DNA of 64,000 nucleotides, taken from Macrostomum hystrix. Lineage: Eukaryota; Animalia; Platyhelminthes. The notes under the pieces are model-generated. The model saw only the letters and a program-made list of their open reading frames with translations. It had not been told where the DNA came from and did not search any database. The translations under genes and the position numbers were made by a program. Below, in pieces: positions 36,720-49,599 of the stretch. The stretch covers positions 19,344,001 to 19,408,000 of the forward strand of contig CATNEN010000001.1 of the NCBI GenBank assembly GCA_950097015.1, read 5' to 3'. Positions within the stretch are counted from its first letter, which is position 1. Each line of letters starts with the position of its first letter.

Positions 36720-38230
36720 CACGGACTCCTGAAGCCGAGTCCCTTTACCTACTCCGGAGTCTAACTCCACCAACTTAGGGCTTAGACCCTAGAGCTTTGA
36801 GCTCAGCTAGCGCTTACAGGCCCATTGCCTGTCCATAAGTCCCGAATAGGGCAAGCCACCTCTTTAGGTGAGCCTTTAAACTGCGCTTTGCGCCCCTCAG
36901 CTTGTTGGCCCCTTCCAGCTCGCAATTAGCTTTCCCCACCTAATTCCTTGCTAATCTTGCCCTGTCCCGCCCACGAGAACTACATGCCTGCAGCGCGCGA
37001 CCGGCATATTCAGCTAAGTAACCCGTGTAGCGGTTTTTAATAGCTATTCCTAAGGGATCATTCTCTAGCTAGGCGGCTTTAGTAGCGGGAGACGGGCACG
37101 GGAACTTCAGCCTAATATACTAGTCATCATCAGTAGCCACTATTAAGCTTTTAGGCCAATTTTAAAGTACAACCTAAATCATATCCTTGTCGCTTTCTAC
37201 TATTTATTTCTCTATTAGACAGCCCTCAGAAATGAGTGGCCAATTCACTAGGGGGTGGGCTCTGGCGAGGCCGAGCTGAAGGCTGCGGCAGGAAGACAAC
37301 TGTAAGCGCGCACAAGAGTAAATAAGGAGCTAGGGATTCGCGAGCAGATGCGGAGCGTAGCATGTGCATCTCTGCCGGGGGTGGGGGATTCCTTGGCCGG
37401 TTTCCCTCTCTTCCTGGTGGGTCAAGGGGTACGTGCCAAACTCCCTTGCCAATGGAGCTTCCCTTCTGTCCCTCCTCTCGCAACTGCGGCCACGGGAGCG
37501 AGAGTGATGATCTAATAATCTTCCGCTTGCATAATCACTCAGCCAGTTGTTCTGCTTAATCTCTCCAGCCTCTGATCTCCTCAACTCACACGGATTCTTA
37601 ATGCGTAGGCTGCAGTCTAATGTATGGAATGTTCCTGATGTGCTATGAGTAGGATTCTGGCTATGGATTCTCATTTAAGTTCTTAGTACCACCTTCCTAG
37701 ACCCCTGTAGCGCGAATTCAAGAATCCCCTTTGAGGCGTGTCTCGATACATTCTGGGGCTCTCACCCCAGTCTAAAACGGAAGTTGCAGTAATGCCCCAT
37801 TTTCGGCTTGTCTAGATCTGCGTGATAAACTAGGAGCTGTGTACTCCGGGGACCCAAGTTCCCAAATGCCTGCGGTGGCAACGTAGGCGCATTGGGTGGT
37901 GGTGCTACCCTAGAACATCTATCCGCTTTGCCGATAGCCTTTCCGCAGTTCTGTGGCAAGAGCCTAGACCAGTTCGACCACCGCTACCAAAGCTAGGAGT
38001 CAGTGGCGTACCGCACTACTGACGACAGTAGGCTACCTAGCCCTGTCTTGTCCGATTCCGGATAATCCGACGCCCCGTTAGACTTTTCGCCGGTTTCGAG
38101 CATAGCTTGGGGTAGGCACGGCAGTCATGCCTGTGGCCTATGGGACGAGTGGGACTGGCCAGTCTGAAGCCAATAGGACCACTCCCTGCATGCATTGAAC
38201 CTCCTTATCCCTCCCTCTCTCCGCGGCATC
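36720..38230 (-). repeat. Repeat family C, copy B (inverted relative to copy A)
   Basis: Reverse complement of 28335-29790. Confidence 0.8.
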
Positions 38231-38344
38231 TCGCGAGTAGCTAGGCAGATAGACAATCGACTCTATCGCCCGTCCCCAGGCTTCCACCCTTCTTGAGGGC
38301 AGGTCAGTGGCTTCAAAACTCCCTAACCATTTCATGATTAAAAA

Positions 38345-41247
38345 ATGGCACAGAAATCTGAAGCTTGGCAGTTCTTCAAAAAACGTGACAATTCCCGTGA
38401 CATTTGTACTCTGTGTGAAGGATCAATTTCGACTGCTGGTGGTTCTACAAAAGGCCTCCTGACTCATCTTCGGGCAAAGCATGCATCAGTCCTTGGCCAG
38501 CAGCCACAGCCTGGCAGTGCTTGCTCTTCTGCAAGTTTGGCTCCTGACTTAAGTTCAGACAGTTCAGTGTCTGAGGATCAGGAGGTTGCTGTGTCACAGT
38601 CAGTAACTTCATCTGTAGTCTCTTCTAAAATCATGAAAATTACTGTCTTCTACCAATCTGACAATGACTCAGCTACTGTTCTGGCTCGTATGGTAGCCAA
38701 GGATGGCATGTCCTTCAGGATATTCACAAAATCCAAGGACCTCAGGTTGGCCTTGCAGGCAAGGAGGATTTCAGTGCCCATATCAACTACAACAATTCGC
38801 AACAAAGTCATCGGAGTTGGTACTACATTGGAAAAAAAAATTCGTGAGAAAGTGGCTCTCCGAAAATCCCGTGGAGAACACTTCTCCAATTCACTAGATG
38901 AATGGACATCTGTAAACACCGGCGCTTCCTGAACATTAACCTGCACACAGAATATGATGCTGCTTCAGGATCAGAAAACTCAGCTTCTGCTACAAACTTA
39001 AAAGCAACTGTCGTCAACATTGGCCTGTCGCGCATTACTGGCTCTGCAACTGCTGAAGCCTTGCAGCAGCTAGTAACTAATCGGCTTGAGAATTTTGGCA
39101 TATTTGGTCCGCAAGATGTAATTGCTTGTACTACAGATGGTGCCTCTGTCATGGTGAAACTGGCCAGCCAGCTAAGGGTCGAGCACCAACTTTGCCATGC
39201 CCATGGCATCCACCTGTCTGTGTCAGATGTAGTCTATGATCGAAGTTCATCTCAGACCATTGCCTCTGAGTCTGACAGTGGCGCAATCGAAGTGCCAGGT
39301 GTAGAATTTGCTGACAATGATGAAGACATGGAAGCTGATGGTGTCGAATGGGCTGTAGATCAGGATGATGGACGCGATTCTGAGATTGAGTTCAGTAGTG
39401 ACATTCGAGTCTCACTGAGTCGTCTTCGCAAAGTGGTTCTTACTTTCCGTCGTAGCTCAACACGAAATGACATTCTTCAGAACTTTGTGCGAGCTCAGCA
39501 TGGCAAAGAGCTGAAGCTCATTCTAGATGTTAAAACACGCTGGAACTCTGCTTGATATGGTGCAGCGTTTTCTTCTGTTGGAAGCATCTGTGCGCAATGC
39601 TATGCTCTATCTTGGACTAGTTTTGCCACTGCAAGGAGATGTACAGCAGCTTCGAGAATTGTGTCCTGCACTGCAGCCTGTGAGTCTTGCAATAACCATG
39701 CTTTCAAGCCGCAGCTATAACTTACTTAAGGCTGATGCGACATTTAGTTTCGCTGTGAAGGAGCTTCAGACACAGCACACCATTCTGGCCAACAAGTTGC
39801 TGGTGGCTTTAGAGAAGCGATATTTTCAATGGCAGGGAAGCACCGCTTTAGCACTGCAGTTTCTAAAGCGGAAGGGTTACGTCGCCAATAGTACTTCAGA
39901 ACTGAATGCAGTTAAGTATACGCTAATTTCTATTGCCGAAAACCTTTCACTGGTATCTGCCTCTGCAACCGCCTCTGCAACCGCGTCTGCAACCGCGACT
40001 GCCAGTACTGCCACTGAAGACTAAAGAGAGGCATCTGGAAATCCTTCCAACAGGTAATTAAATTGTGTGGATGTATTATATATTACATACGAGGGAGGGA
40101 TAATTAAAAAACAACAAGAATTTTCTTATAATTTTTATTGGATAAGTCCACCGAATCCTAAATTTTATTGATTTAATTTCCTGTTATCTGTAAAAATATG
40201 ACCACAGGTTCCCCTGTGTTGCAAATAATTTAATTCCATGCTATATTCTCACCTACAGTGACACTGATGCATCCCTGCTGTTAATGCGAAGTACCACAAT
40301 GGCAGAACGGCTCAATGCAGAGTTGGAGAAGCTGGACAGCGAGTCTTCTAATGCCATCCTACAGTCAGGCACAGGACTTCATATTGAACGCGAAGTTGGT
40401 CGTGAGATCGAATTCATGCGGTCAACTGGCCAACTCGGCAAGCTGCTGCAGACAATGAACAGTGCCCTTCTGTCCATTCCTCCTACAAGCGTCGAGGCAG
40501 AGAGAGCTTTTTCTGCTGCTGCTATCCTGATGAATTGGATCCGTTTGCGCTTGGCTGATGAGACGCTATCAAAATTGTGGATGCTTCGATCGTATTTTCA
40601 GAAGCAGTCGGCATCCTAAACTGACTTATCATATTAGACTCAATGGGATGATAGAAATTGCGCTACTGCCAGATTTTGCGCGACCTTTCTTTCGCGAATC
40701 CTGTTCGCGCATAATCCAGTCGCACGAAAGCCAGGTCTCGCGAAATCCAGTAGCGCGATTGCTATCGTCCTGACTCAATGAATGGCAACAATGCTATAAG
40801 TAGTATTTTCTTACACTACTGTAAGTACAAATTGCAGCGTCATTAATTTACCAAAAAAATTCGAAATAAATTGCATGTGGAAGAGCCCCCCAAGCTGACC
40901 CGCTGGGCCGTTTGGCTGAAATTGTTCAACAACAAGTATTATTTTCTGCCGTCAAGGTCAAGCCTTTAGCATAGACTGCAATTATTTGTATGATTTTGCA
41001 CTTCTCTTTTGTTGCAGGCTCTGAGTTCTCAGCTAACCAGAACTTAGAATTTTGTTTTTAAGTCATTCGGACTTGGACCTCGGGTCGGGATCCCAGGATC
41101 GCGGGATTACTGAAACTTTTAAACGGGATCCCGGGATTTCAAAAGCACTGGGATTCCGGGATTTTGAATCCCAGGATTTCAACAGCATCGGGATTTCGGG
41201 ACTATTCAATCCCGGGATTGTAAAATGTCGGGATTTTGGAATCCCTA
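38345..41247 (+). mobile_element. hAT DNA transposon, frameshifted transposase with 3' terminal repeats
   Basis: BED finger (AWQFF..CTLC..STKGLLTHLRAKH), LDEWTS, TTDGASVM, CHAHGIHL, DVKTRWNS, dimerisation motif IPPTSVEAERAFSAA; intron ~40054-40258; cgggat/atcccg subterminal repeats at 41080-41247 ending atcccta; 5' TIR not seen. Confidence 0.93.
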
Positions 41248-41764
41248 CTCCTGTTGTTGCTTATTGAGCTATGTTTCTTGATAGTAAGCTTCTTATAGCT
41301 GCAATCCATTCAGCTTAAAATTTGCTTACCAACAATAAACTATTAACTCAATTCCAGGCACAGCATGGGACTTCATGTAGAATAAGACATACTTACCTAC
41401 TATTTAATACAAAATTAAAACTGTAAAAAATATATTAGTTAGTCTTTGGGCTAATTAGCCATTAGCGCAGAGCTTCAATGCTTTCTATCTGTAGTGCATT
41501 TGCATTCTACTGTGGTTTGGTATATTCAAACATTAAAATCATGATAAGACCAATTTGAAAAAAATCCTGTATGTCAATAAAGCAGAAGGCGAGGCACAAA
41601 ATATTCTAATTTAAATATTCTGACACTGTTAGGAGACACAATCACTGTTTTAGTGTTGAAACTTGTGAAATTTCCTATCTCCATAGTGTATTTTTCTGGG
41701 AAAACCTGCCTTCAAAACTATTTCAATGAAACACGAGTGTAGCGTCCTTCTACTTAAGTTGTCC

Positions 41765-42023
41765 TTGGCACAAGCGCGTCTGGCTGAAAGAGGACGGGCC
41801 AGCCTACCCACTGGATCTAAATCTCCTGGATTTTTCGATCTGGAACCAGGTTGACAAGCGGGCGTGTAGAAGCTTCGACACGTCCCTGGACTCGCTGAGA
41901 TCTGCCATTCATGAGGCTTGGGAATCAGAGCTGACTCCGGAATATCTGGTGAGATGCTGCAAAGCGTTTCATGGTCGTCTTAAGAAGGTGATTGACCAAG
42001 GAAGTTCTCTAACTGTGGATTAA
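41765..42023 (+). pseudogene. Tc1/mariner transposase C-terminal fragment
   Basis: WLKEDGPAYPLDLNLLDFSIW..SLRSAIHEAW..CKAFHGRLKKVI is a degenerate WP..SPDLNPLD..W motif. Confidence 0.8.
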
Positions 42024-42620
42024 ATCGAGTCTGGCATGCAGAGCCACTTGTTGGAACCATTTGAGCAGCACATGGCAGCAAGTGAGCCAGGTGACTGATT
42101 CAAGGAAGTTTGACAATCTTGAACTGAACTCAGTTAGAAAAAGTGACCGGTTCTTCAAATTAAGTTACACTTTTGTTGCTCAATGCCTGTGTTACTTTCT
42201 CTTGTTTGCATTTTAGAACAATTTAGTATTTACGTTATTAAATGGAACATGAGCTTGAAATTTCACGATTCACATCGTCTGCACTTAATTAAGCCATTAC
42301 CACCTTTCCAGGTGAAAATAGACTGACCTTCAAATTTATTTAAACAAACCTAAAAATTATTGTTCAGTTGTCTAGCTCTAGATAAAGGGCCTTGGACACT
42401 ATTATACAAATGAAAAAAAAATTATAAAAGTACTTATCTAGTAGAGACCGACCGAACAGAAGAAAAAATAGTCGGGCGGGATTGGGAGTCAGGAGATGGT
42501 TATATATATACTTATTATACTACTATATATAATAAAATATAATTATATATGTTAATTTCCTATAATTATTGCAATATATGAATGAATATTAATATAATAA
42601 TTATATTATATACAACAATA

Positions 42621-43313
42621 TGATGTGCTGTAGACTGCTGAGCAGCCTCCAGGCAATCTGTGAGTCAGGCTGTCCTAGGTCTGTGGGAGGGCTGGGGTGT
42701 AGGTAGTTAATGTTTCCCGTGCACTGTCACCTCCGCTCGCCACCCCCTCCGCTTTCTCTCTCTCGTTCCAGCTCTGTCTGCGCACTGAGTCACATTGCAC
42801 ACCATGGTGCAATCGCTTAAGTTCGGAAGAAGACTGGCAGAACAACGCTCAAATGCTCCTACTATAAGTAGAGCACAGTCCGACGAATCCTTGAGATGGT
42901 GTTAGTGTCATGGTAGCACTATTTCTTTATATTGATGGCACTTTCTTGTCTCCAGTCTTCATGCGTTTTGCATCGTTTTGCATCGTTTTGCATCGTTTTG
43001 CATCGTTTTGCATCGTTTGCATCTTGCTGTTCAACAACTTCTGAACTTAGCAAACTTCTTGGCAAAGCTAGACTAGAAAGCGCATTTAGAAGCAAGTTTT
43101 CTAGTCCGCTTGCAGCTAAACTACAGGAGTCAAATAAAGACGTAAGCTTCCTACGAAGTGTGGGAGGAAACTCAGTGATCTAAGCCTGACTACCGGGTTG
43201 CATCCACTGCAACGAAGCATCAGAGTGTGAGGCCGGTAAAATCCTCTCTAAATCCAGTGTCATGTCTTGGTCATTTTACCAATAGTGTGTGCCACGCTAC
43301 CACAGGTACAACA
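42621..43313 (+). mobile_element. Solo LTR (family B), 693 bp
   Basis: TG...CA termini; 4-bp TSD AATA (42617-42620 / 43314-43317); internal 10-bp repeat (tttgcatcgt)n at ~42965-43022. Confidence 0.85.
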
Positions 43314-43554
43314 AATATAATAGATTCCAATGTCAATGTCCTTTTATCTTTATTATTCGTTTATATTTGATATCATAGATTAATAGAATATGCCTAAGGC
43401 AAAGAGGCAAAGAGGAAATGGAACAACTTTCGCACCGTTCCGAGGCAGACCAGGTGCATGAAGTCCGGCGGGATGCACCTGGGGAAGTCGAGTCCCTTAA
43501 GTAGCATCAGCGGACTGGGTCCAGCTCGCTGATTTGACTCTCTGTGGGGTAAGA

Positions 43555-43710
43555 ATAATTATCAGAGTGAAGTTATCAGACATGACATTTTCAGAAATGA
43601 GACTTTGAGATAAAGAGACTATCAGACATGAGATATAATCAGATATGAGATGATTAGACATGAGATTTTCAGACATGAGATTATCATCAGACATGAGATT
43701 ATCAGACAAG
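43555..43710. repeat. Short tandem repeat (atcagacatgagatt-like)
   Basis: About 9 degenerate 15-18-bp units. Confidence 0.8.
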
Positions 43711-43733
43711 AATGTGATTACTAATGAATTTTC

Positions 43734-44942
43734 TCACCCTCCATCGCGATAAGCCTCTGCTGTACGCGGCTCTCCCTCTTCGGTCGGGTACACGACCCTC
43801 CTCTCAATGGTCTGCGCCACAGCCCTGCAGTAAAAGCAGCCGTTGTGAGAGTTGTGTCCCAGTGTCTTGGCGATGAATGATCGCGCTGGCGCATCGCACA
43901 CGAAATCCATATGGCGGATTTTCACTGGCACTCCCTCAATCAGCTTGAAGTTGGACATTAGTTCCGCAGCTTCCTAGCGAAAATAGAAGTAGGGATTGAG
44001 TCATGTATATTAAGAGAATGAAGGGATAGAAGGAGAGAGGGTGGGACAGAAATGGAGAGGAAGAAATGGATATGGAGATGAAGGAAGATGACGATACTAT
44101 TGACTACCTCAAAAACGTACCTTGCAAAAATCGGCTAGGTACTCATCCAGCGGCGGTCTTCCCAGTCCGGTGTACAGCGCTACGGGGACCGGCCGATCAA
44201 ATCCTGAGATAGATGCCAGGATAGGCCAGGCGCTGAAATTTGAGGAGTTGTAGATGGGCATTCCGTCAATGCCGATCTTAATATCCAACTCGTAGCCTGA
44301 GAGTGAAAGGTTGAGATGCACGTGATGGGATAGTGGTTCATACGCGTAGGTGAAAATCTAAAATTCATAGAGTGGAAGGCATAGTGCAGTTTAGCTTACC
44401 TAGCTCTCCACCGCAAAGGCTAGTAGGTTCGCCAAGGTTCAGCAAACCATTTTGCAGTAGATAGGCTATGTTTGATGCAATGCCCAAATATGCGAATTGT
44501 CCGGTGCCCATCGAGTACTTCGGCACTCTTTTTCGTCCGTCCTTTATTGTTAGCAAGTACAGAGTCTTAGAGACAGGCAATCCGCCGCTGTATAGCGCAT
44601 TTAAGAGAACCTGCATAGCTCGATGGGACAAGTTGTAACGTAAGAACAGAACGAGCAACTCCTCGTCAAGCGTCTCCATACTTGGCTTCGCTTCATTGTC
44701 TTCTTCACTCTCGCCGTCAGCAACTGCATCGTCTTCAATGTCAGGACCAAGTAGTTCAAGGTTCTCTAAGCTTTGCGCGAAGCATTGCAAGTCAAATTCG
44801 CACTGCACAGTTGAAATGAGGATGAAAATCGTACTCGACACTCCACTTCGTGTTCTGATTTTTGGAGAAGGCTTTCCGAGAACAAATTTCTAAACTGTCT
44901 GCTTGAATTTGAATCAGTTTCGGTTTTCCTTCGTTTAGGCAT
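43734..44942 (-). pseudogene. Second CACTA/EnSpm-type transposase, spliced, 3'-truncated
   Basis: GIDGMPIYNSS..AWPIL; FVCDAPARSF..GHNSHNGCFYC; GT-AG introns at ~44298-44399 and ~43975-44120; homologous to 32852-33907. Confidence 0.85.
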
Positions 44943-45214
44943 GTTTTCAGAAGCTCATTAATGGAAGAAAAATCACAAATTAGTGATTAACAATTAACCA
45001 TTTTTAAACATTTCTCGGAATGCGGGAGGGAAGGGATCGGGGAGCCGGGAGGAGGCAGGCCGCGGGGGGAGGAAGAAATTCTATTGGCTGCGGGAAACCC
45101 GCTGGGCTAAGGTAACTGAACATATATACAAAAACACGTCTCGACAGGCACCAAAATCCCAACTTCCAAATCATTCCAATTCAATTACTCTGACTGTGTC
45201 AATCTCAAGACTCA

Positions 45215-47282
45215 ATGGAAGGCATCCGGTTCCTGGTGTTCTTCATAGAGGACAAGCAAGTACTGGAGCTATCTGGCAACAGCGTCTCTCTCGGAGAGTT
45301 TCAAGAATTCACGAGAGACGACTGGGAGCAGTTTGGAAACGTAGAAGAGAACCGATATAGTGAGGAGAAAATACTAATCCGAGCTGAGTATGAGGACGAC
45401 TGGTATTCCGCAGTCATTTTGCAAGTTGTCCTGGATGCTGAAACGGACACAGACCCCACGATTAAATTCATTAGAGAGCTAATCGTGCAAAAGAAGAAAA
45501 GCGTGGAAAGCATTCTTCGGTTGGTTCCACGTGTGAACAAGGGTGGAAGGAATCGCTTCGCCAGTATGAAGGTAAGCTAATGTCACCTTTGTGAACGAAA
45601 TTGTTTGACAATTATTCAGTTAAGAAACTCAAAATCATTAAACATTTGTAAATAAAAAAGGCGCATATAAAAATTACCAAAGGGCAGTAGAACGTATGAA
45701 TTTTTATAATTTTATTACTGTACTAATTGTAATAATAAAGCATACAACTCCAACCCATGCAGTCCGTCGTCACGTCAGGCGACGAAGGAGGCAACAACAC
45801 CGACCGGCGGCCTCAGAAGCCGAGGCGCTCAACCGCCTCAACGTCGCTCAATGCGGAACTAGTGGCTCTTCCAGCGATCAACACCGCGCTGCTACCAGCA
45901 AGGCTTGGTGCAACAAATGAGGTGGGGACGCCAAGATCTATGGTGGTGACGCCGTCGGTACCGCCTAAGCTGACGCCCACAACAGCGCCTACGCAGACAC
46001 CGTACGCTGCTTCAGTGACTCCGAAGCTTACGTACACATCAGGTAGCGTCGATGGTGACGGCTTCGATGGAGACTGCGGCATCGACAGGCTCCATCCAGC
46101 TGCAGTGCTTCACATTCGTCAGTACCTGTCCAGTGTCGGAATAGAGGCGGAGTCGGCAAGTGGGGTGGCGCATCTAACCATGCTGGCTGCTCGCCGCAGT
46201 TGCGACGCAGTTCGTCGCATCAAGCAGCTAGAGGATCGGGTGCTGCCACTCCTAGAAGGCATCGCAGCTTCGTTTGCTGGTCGCTCCAACCCTCAGCAAC
46301 ACCGTCCGCAGTTCGAGGCTATAGACTCCTGGGCGGAGTACATCAAGTTCATCTCATCAAGGCAGTTGCAGTCTAGCCTTGTAAGCAGTGCTATGTTCAT
46401 TTTTATATATATTTGATTTGAAGACATCTAATTTTGAGAAAAAAATCTCAGGGGCCTCATCTGTTGGGTTGCCGGTGCGCTACACTGCCGGAAACAGTCC
46501 GCCGGATGATGAACAAGTGCCTGGCTCCACGAATGCAGGTCGTTGTGAACTGGAGTGGCCGAGGCATGCTCGAAAAATGCCGGACGGAAGTACTGGACTG
46601 CATGCTGATAGAGCACCAACTTGCCTTTGAGAATGCCAAACAGGTTTTCATAGGTAAGAGACTATGGGCATTCTACTCTTTCATATATTGTCCAGATCCA
46701 TTCTCGTTCTGACCTTTCTTACTCAAATGCAAAAAAATGAAATGGAATTTTGGAAAACAAGCGTATTACAGACGAAAAGGCAAAAATAAAGAATGAAAAT
46801 GAAGTCGGTGGGAAACATCTGCTATTCTACTTGGCGTTTTACTCATAGTAGACAGTATGAAATTGAATATTTGAATATTCCACACCAAATTTAAGTTTAA
46901 CTCTCTTTCTAATTCATTCTCAGATGCTGTGGACGACATGTTCCCGCCAGATCCTGTCACGAGGAAGGTCGTGTACTCGGAAAAGCAGGTTGAGGTGGCA
47001 ATAATTGCCGTCCTCAGGCATGCTAGCGAGCGGCATGAAGCCAAGCAGAAGCGGCTAAAGGTGGCGACTGAATTAGCCGCAGCGTCTGCAGCCACCTCCA
47101 GTTCTGAGGCCTCCGCCACTCCTCGAGTGCCCAAGGCTCGCCGCAAAACTGTCGGCACAATTGCGGCAGCGAGTAGTCACAGTGCAGCGGCGAGAAATGA
47201 GCGCAGCGGCAAGAGACCACACATTCTCAGTGACGATGAGTTCGACAGCGAGATCTACGAGTCGGATATGGACGCCTACTAA
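45215..47282 (+). CDS. Spliced companion gene of the CACTA element (DUF4806-like C-terminal region)
   Basis: Head-to-head with the transposase; exons ~45215-45571, ~45760-46380, ~46452-46650 and ~46924-47282; motif ETVRRMMNKCL..VNWSGRG..VEVAIIAVLRHASER. Confidence 0.6.
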
Positions 47283-48229
47283 ACAACAATTGCTTTTTGG
47301 GGAATCGAAAGGGGTTTAGGGTGAAGGCTTTAGGGTTTAGACTCCATTTGAGGTTTAGACTCCTCTGAGGCTCAATGCATTAAATTAATGAACTGCATAA
47401 AAGAATTGCACGAACTCTAGCTGTTGTTACGGGTTTTCACTGGCATCACATTCAAGTTAAGCGACTTTTTTAATTTCACACCCATTAAAATTAGTTTCAT
47501 TTGCGCTGCTCCATGTTCTAAATTATATGCAAGCACTGTAAGAGTATTATATTCTCAAGATCTTGTCTTGCGCATACATGCAGGACATACACGCAAATAC
47601 TTTGCTTCTAGCTTCTGTACTCACATGTCCTCCACTACACCCTACATGGACTTTTAAAATCCTGGATCCGCCACTACACGTGAAGTGTAATTCAAATTGC
47701 GAATTGTAATTCGTAAAGTTCCATATTACAATTATATACTCGTTCTCGTACCAATAAAAATGAGCTTATGCTCTATATTATTCATGATGTATGCAACCGC
47801 AATTTCCATGTGTTTTATCATCATTTTGAAAATATAACACAGTCAAATCAAAGGTTCGATTCGAAGGTTCAAAAGATTTAATGCTTAAAAGCTCAACTGC
47901 TTACTTATAGTAGTAAAATCATAAGCATTAAAATGACAGTCCTATTCAGATCCGCTGTGGGCATGAAATCTGAATCCGGCGGACTCAGATCACTTTATAC
48001 CTAACCATATCAGATGGAGCCTGACGAATCAGTGTCCGCCGGATTCGTTTTTTACACCGGGAGTATATAAATTAACATGGTTGCTTCTAATTTTCAGTTT
48101 CCTCTACATTTATCATAGAGCATAGGGACTCAAAATTCGTCGAGATCAATCTGGATTAAGGGAGGTCCCAAAATCGATTCCGTGCCTTAGAGCAGGTATG
48201 GTGAAAGGGGGATCAGGTAGGGTGAGAGG

Positions 48230-48405
48230 GAGAGCAGTAGGGTGAGAGGAAGTGTGGTAGTAAGATGCAGTAGAGTGAGAGGAAGTGGGATAGTGAGATG
48301 CAGTAGAGTGAGAGGAAGTGTGGTAGTGAGATGCAGTAGAGTGAGGGGAAGTGGGGTAGTGAGATGCAGTAGAGTGAGGGGAAGTGGGGTAGTGAGATGT
48401 AGTAG
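48230..48405. repeat. 33-bp minisatellite (5 copies)
   Basis: Same unit as 30950-31052. Confidence 0.9.
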
Positions 48406-49081
48406 AATGTTAAAATTTTAATTACGATTAATTTCATTAATGCCATTAATGGCATGAGAAGTCAGAAAGAGATCAAAGAAAAGATTTGAGACAGAAAGAG
48501 TTTAAATTTTTAGTTTCGCATTAGTTGATTTCTCTCGTAGGCACCAGTTAAGTTTGGCATGCTTAGTCACTCTTTAACTGACCATATATTTATAGACATA
48601 TATTTGTTTAAATATTTGTATTAGTTAATTAAAAAGTTTGAAACAACGAAATGAACTAAGCCTTCATCCCGCATGTGTTCAGTCGGTATACAACATGTAA
48701 AAATTTAAAGCTCAGTTTAATGACAACCCAGATGCTCAGTTTGGTGACAATCCCAGATCCTCAATGTGCCAACGAGACACTGCTCTAGAGTTCTGGTGAG
48801 CTTTAAAACTGTGTGACTGTACGTCACTTTTCGCTGCTTTCTAAATAGCTTTATTGCCAACATGTACATGCGTGAACGCATGTCTTTCCTTTACATTTTC
48901 GGTGCTAGAAAACGTCTCTATCCCCGCTCCGCTGATTTCCGTTCTAGAAACTTCTTATCAGTCCTAGCTGTCATGCTCAGCTCGAACGGCAATTCCCAGC
49001 TCTGTTTGTTCATGTGCTGCTCTAAAAATAGCACTGGGAAAGTCGCATGCATGCAATATCCCATTGCTCATAGAGCCCGGG

Positions 49082-49392
49082 ATTTTCTAGGTGACTTTCC
49101 AGGTTAATAAGTTCGAGTGGAAATCATTTAAAATCATGAAACCAACTCAGTCGTGTAGGAAATCATTTCTAGATTGATTTTCAATTGAATCCGACTCGAT
49201 AAACTGTGCTCAAATCTATTGGGACACCGACGACAGCCATATAGTACTGACATAGTCAGAGTCAAGATAAAATTTTCTAGGTGACTTTCCAGGTTAATAA
49301 GTTCGAGTGGAAATCATTTGAGAATAGAAACCAACTCAGTCGTGTAGGAAATCATTTCTAGATAGATTTTCAATTGAATCCGACCCGATAAA
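49082..49392. repeat. 190-bp tandem repeat (1.6 copies)
   Basis: Same unit as 30456-30918. Confidence 0.93.
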
Positions 49393-49599
49393 GTTTGGCA
49401 TGCTTATAGTCACTCTTTAACTGAGCATATATTCCGATAAGCTTCTAAGTCTAAGCTTCCGATATGGGCGGCACCGGCCGCCTCCTCGCTGCGTCCGTCA
49501 TGGAGGCTCCCTGCCGCTAAGTCAAGAAAGTCAAGAGCATATATTTATTTAATTATTTATTTATTTAATGGTTTGTATTAGTTAATTAAAAAAATTAAG

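Noticed and set aside
38016-38035. Hammerhead ribozyme core (CTGACGA; CTGAGGA in the other copy)
   Set aside because: The motif sits inside a simple hairpin (ctactg-n4-cagtag), with no correctly placed stem II/GAAA and cleavage triplet.
47655-48060. MITE/TIR (ggatccgccact end and short ccggcgga inverted repeats)
   Set aside because: No matching partner terminus or TSD was found in the window.
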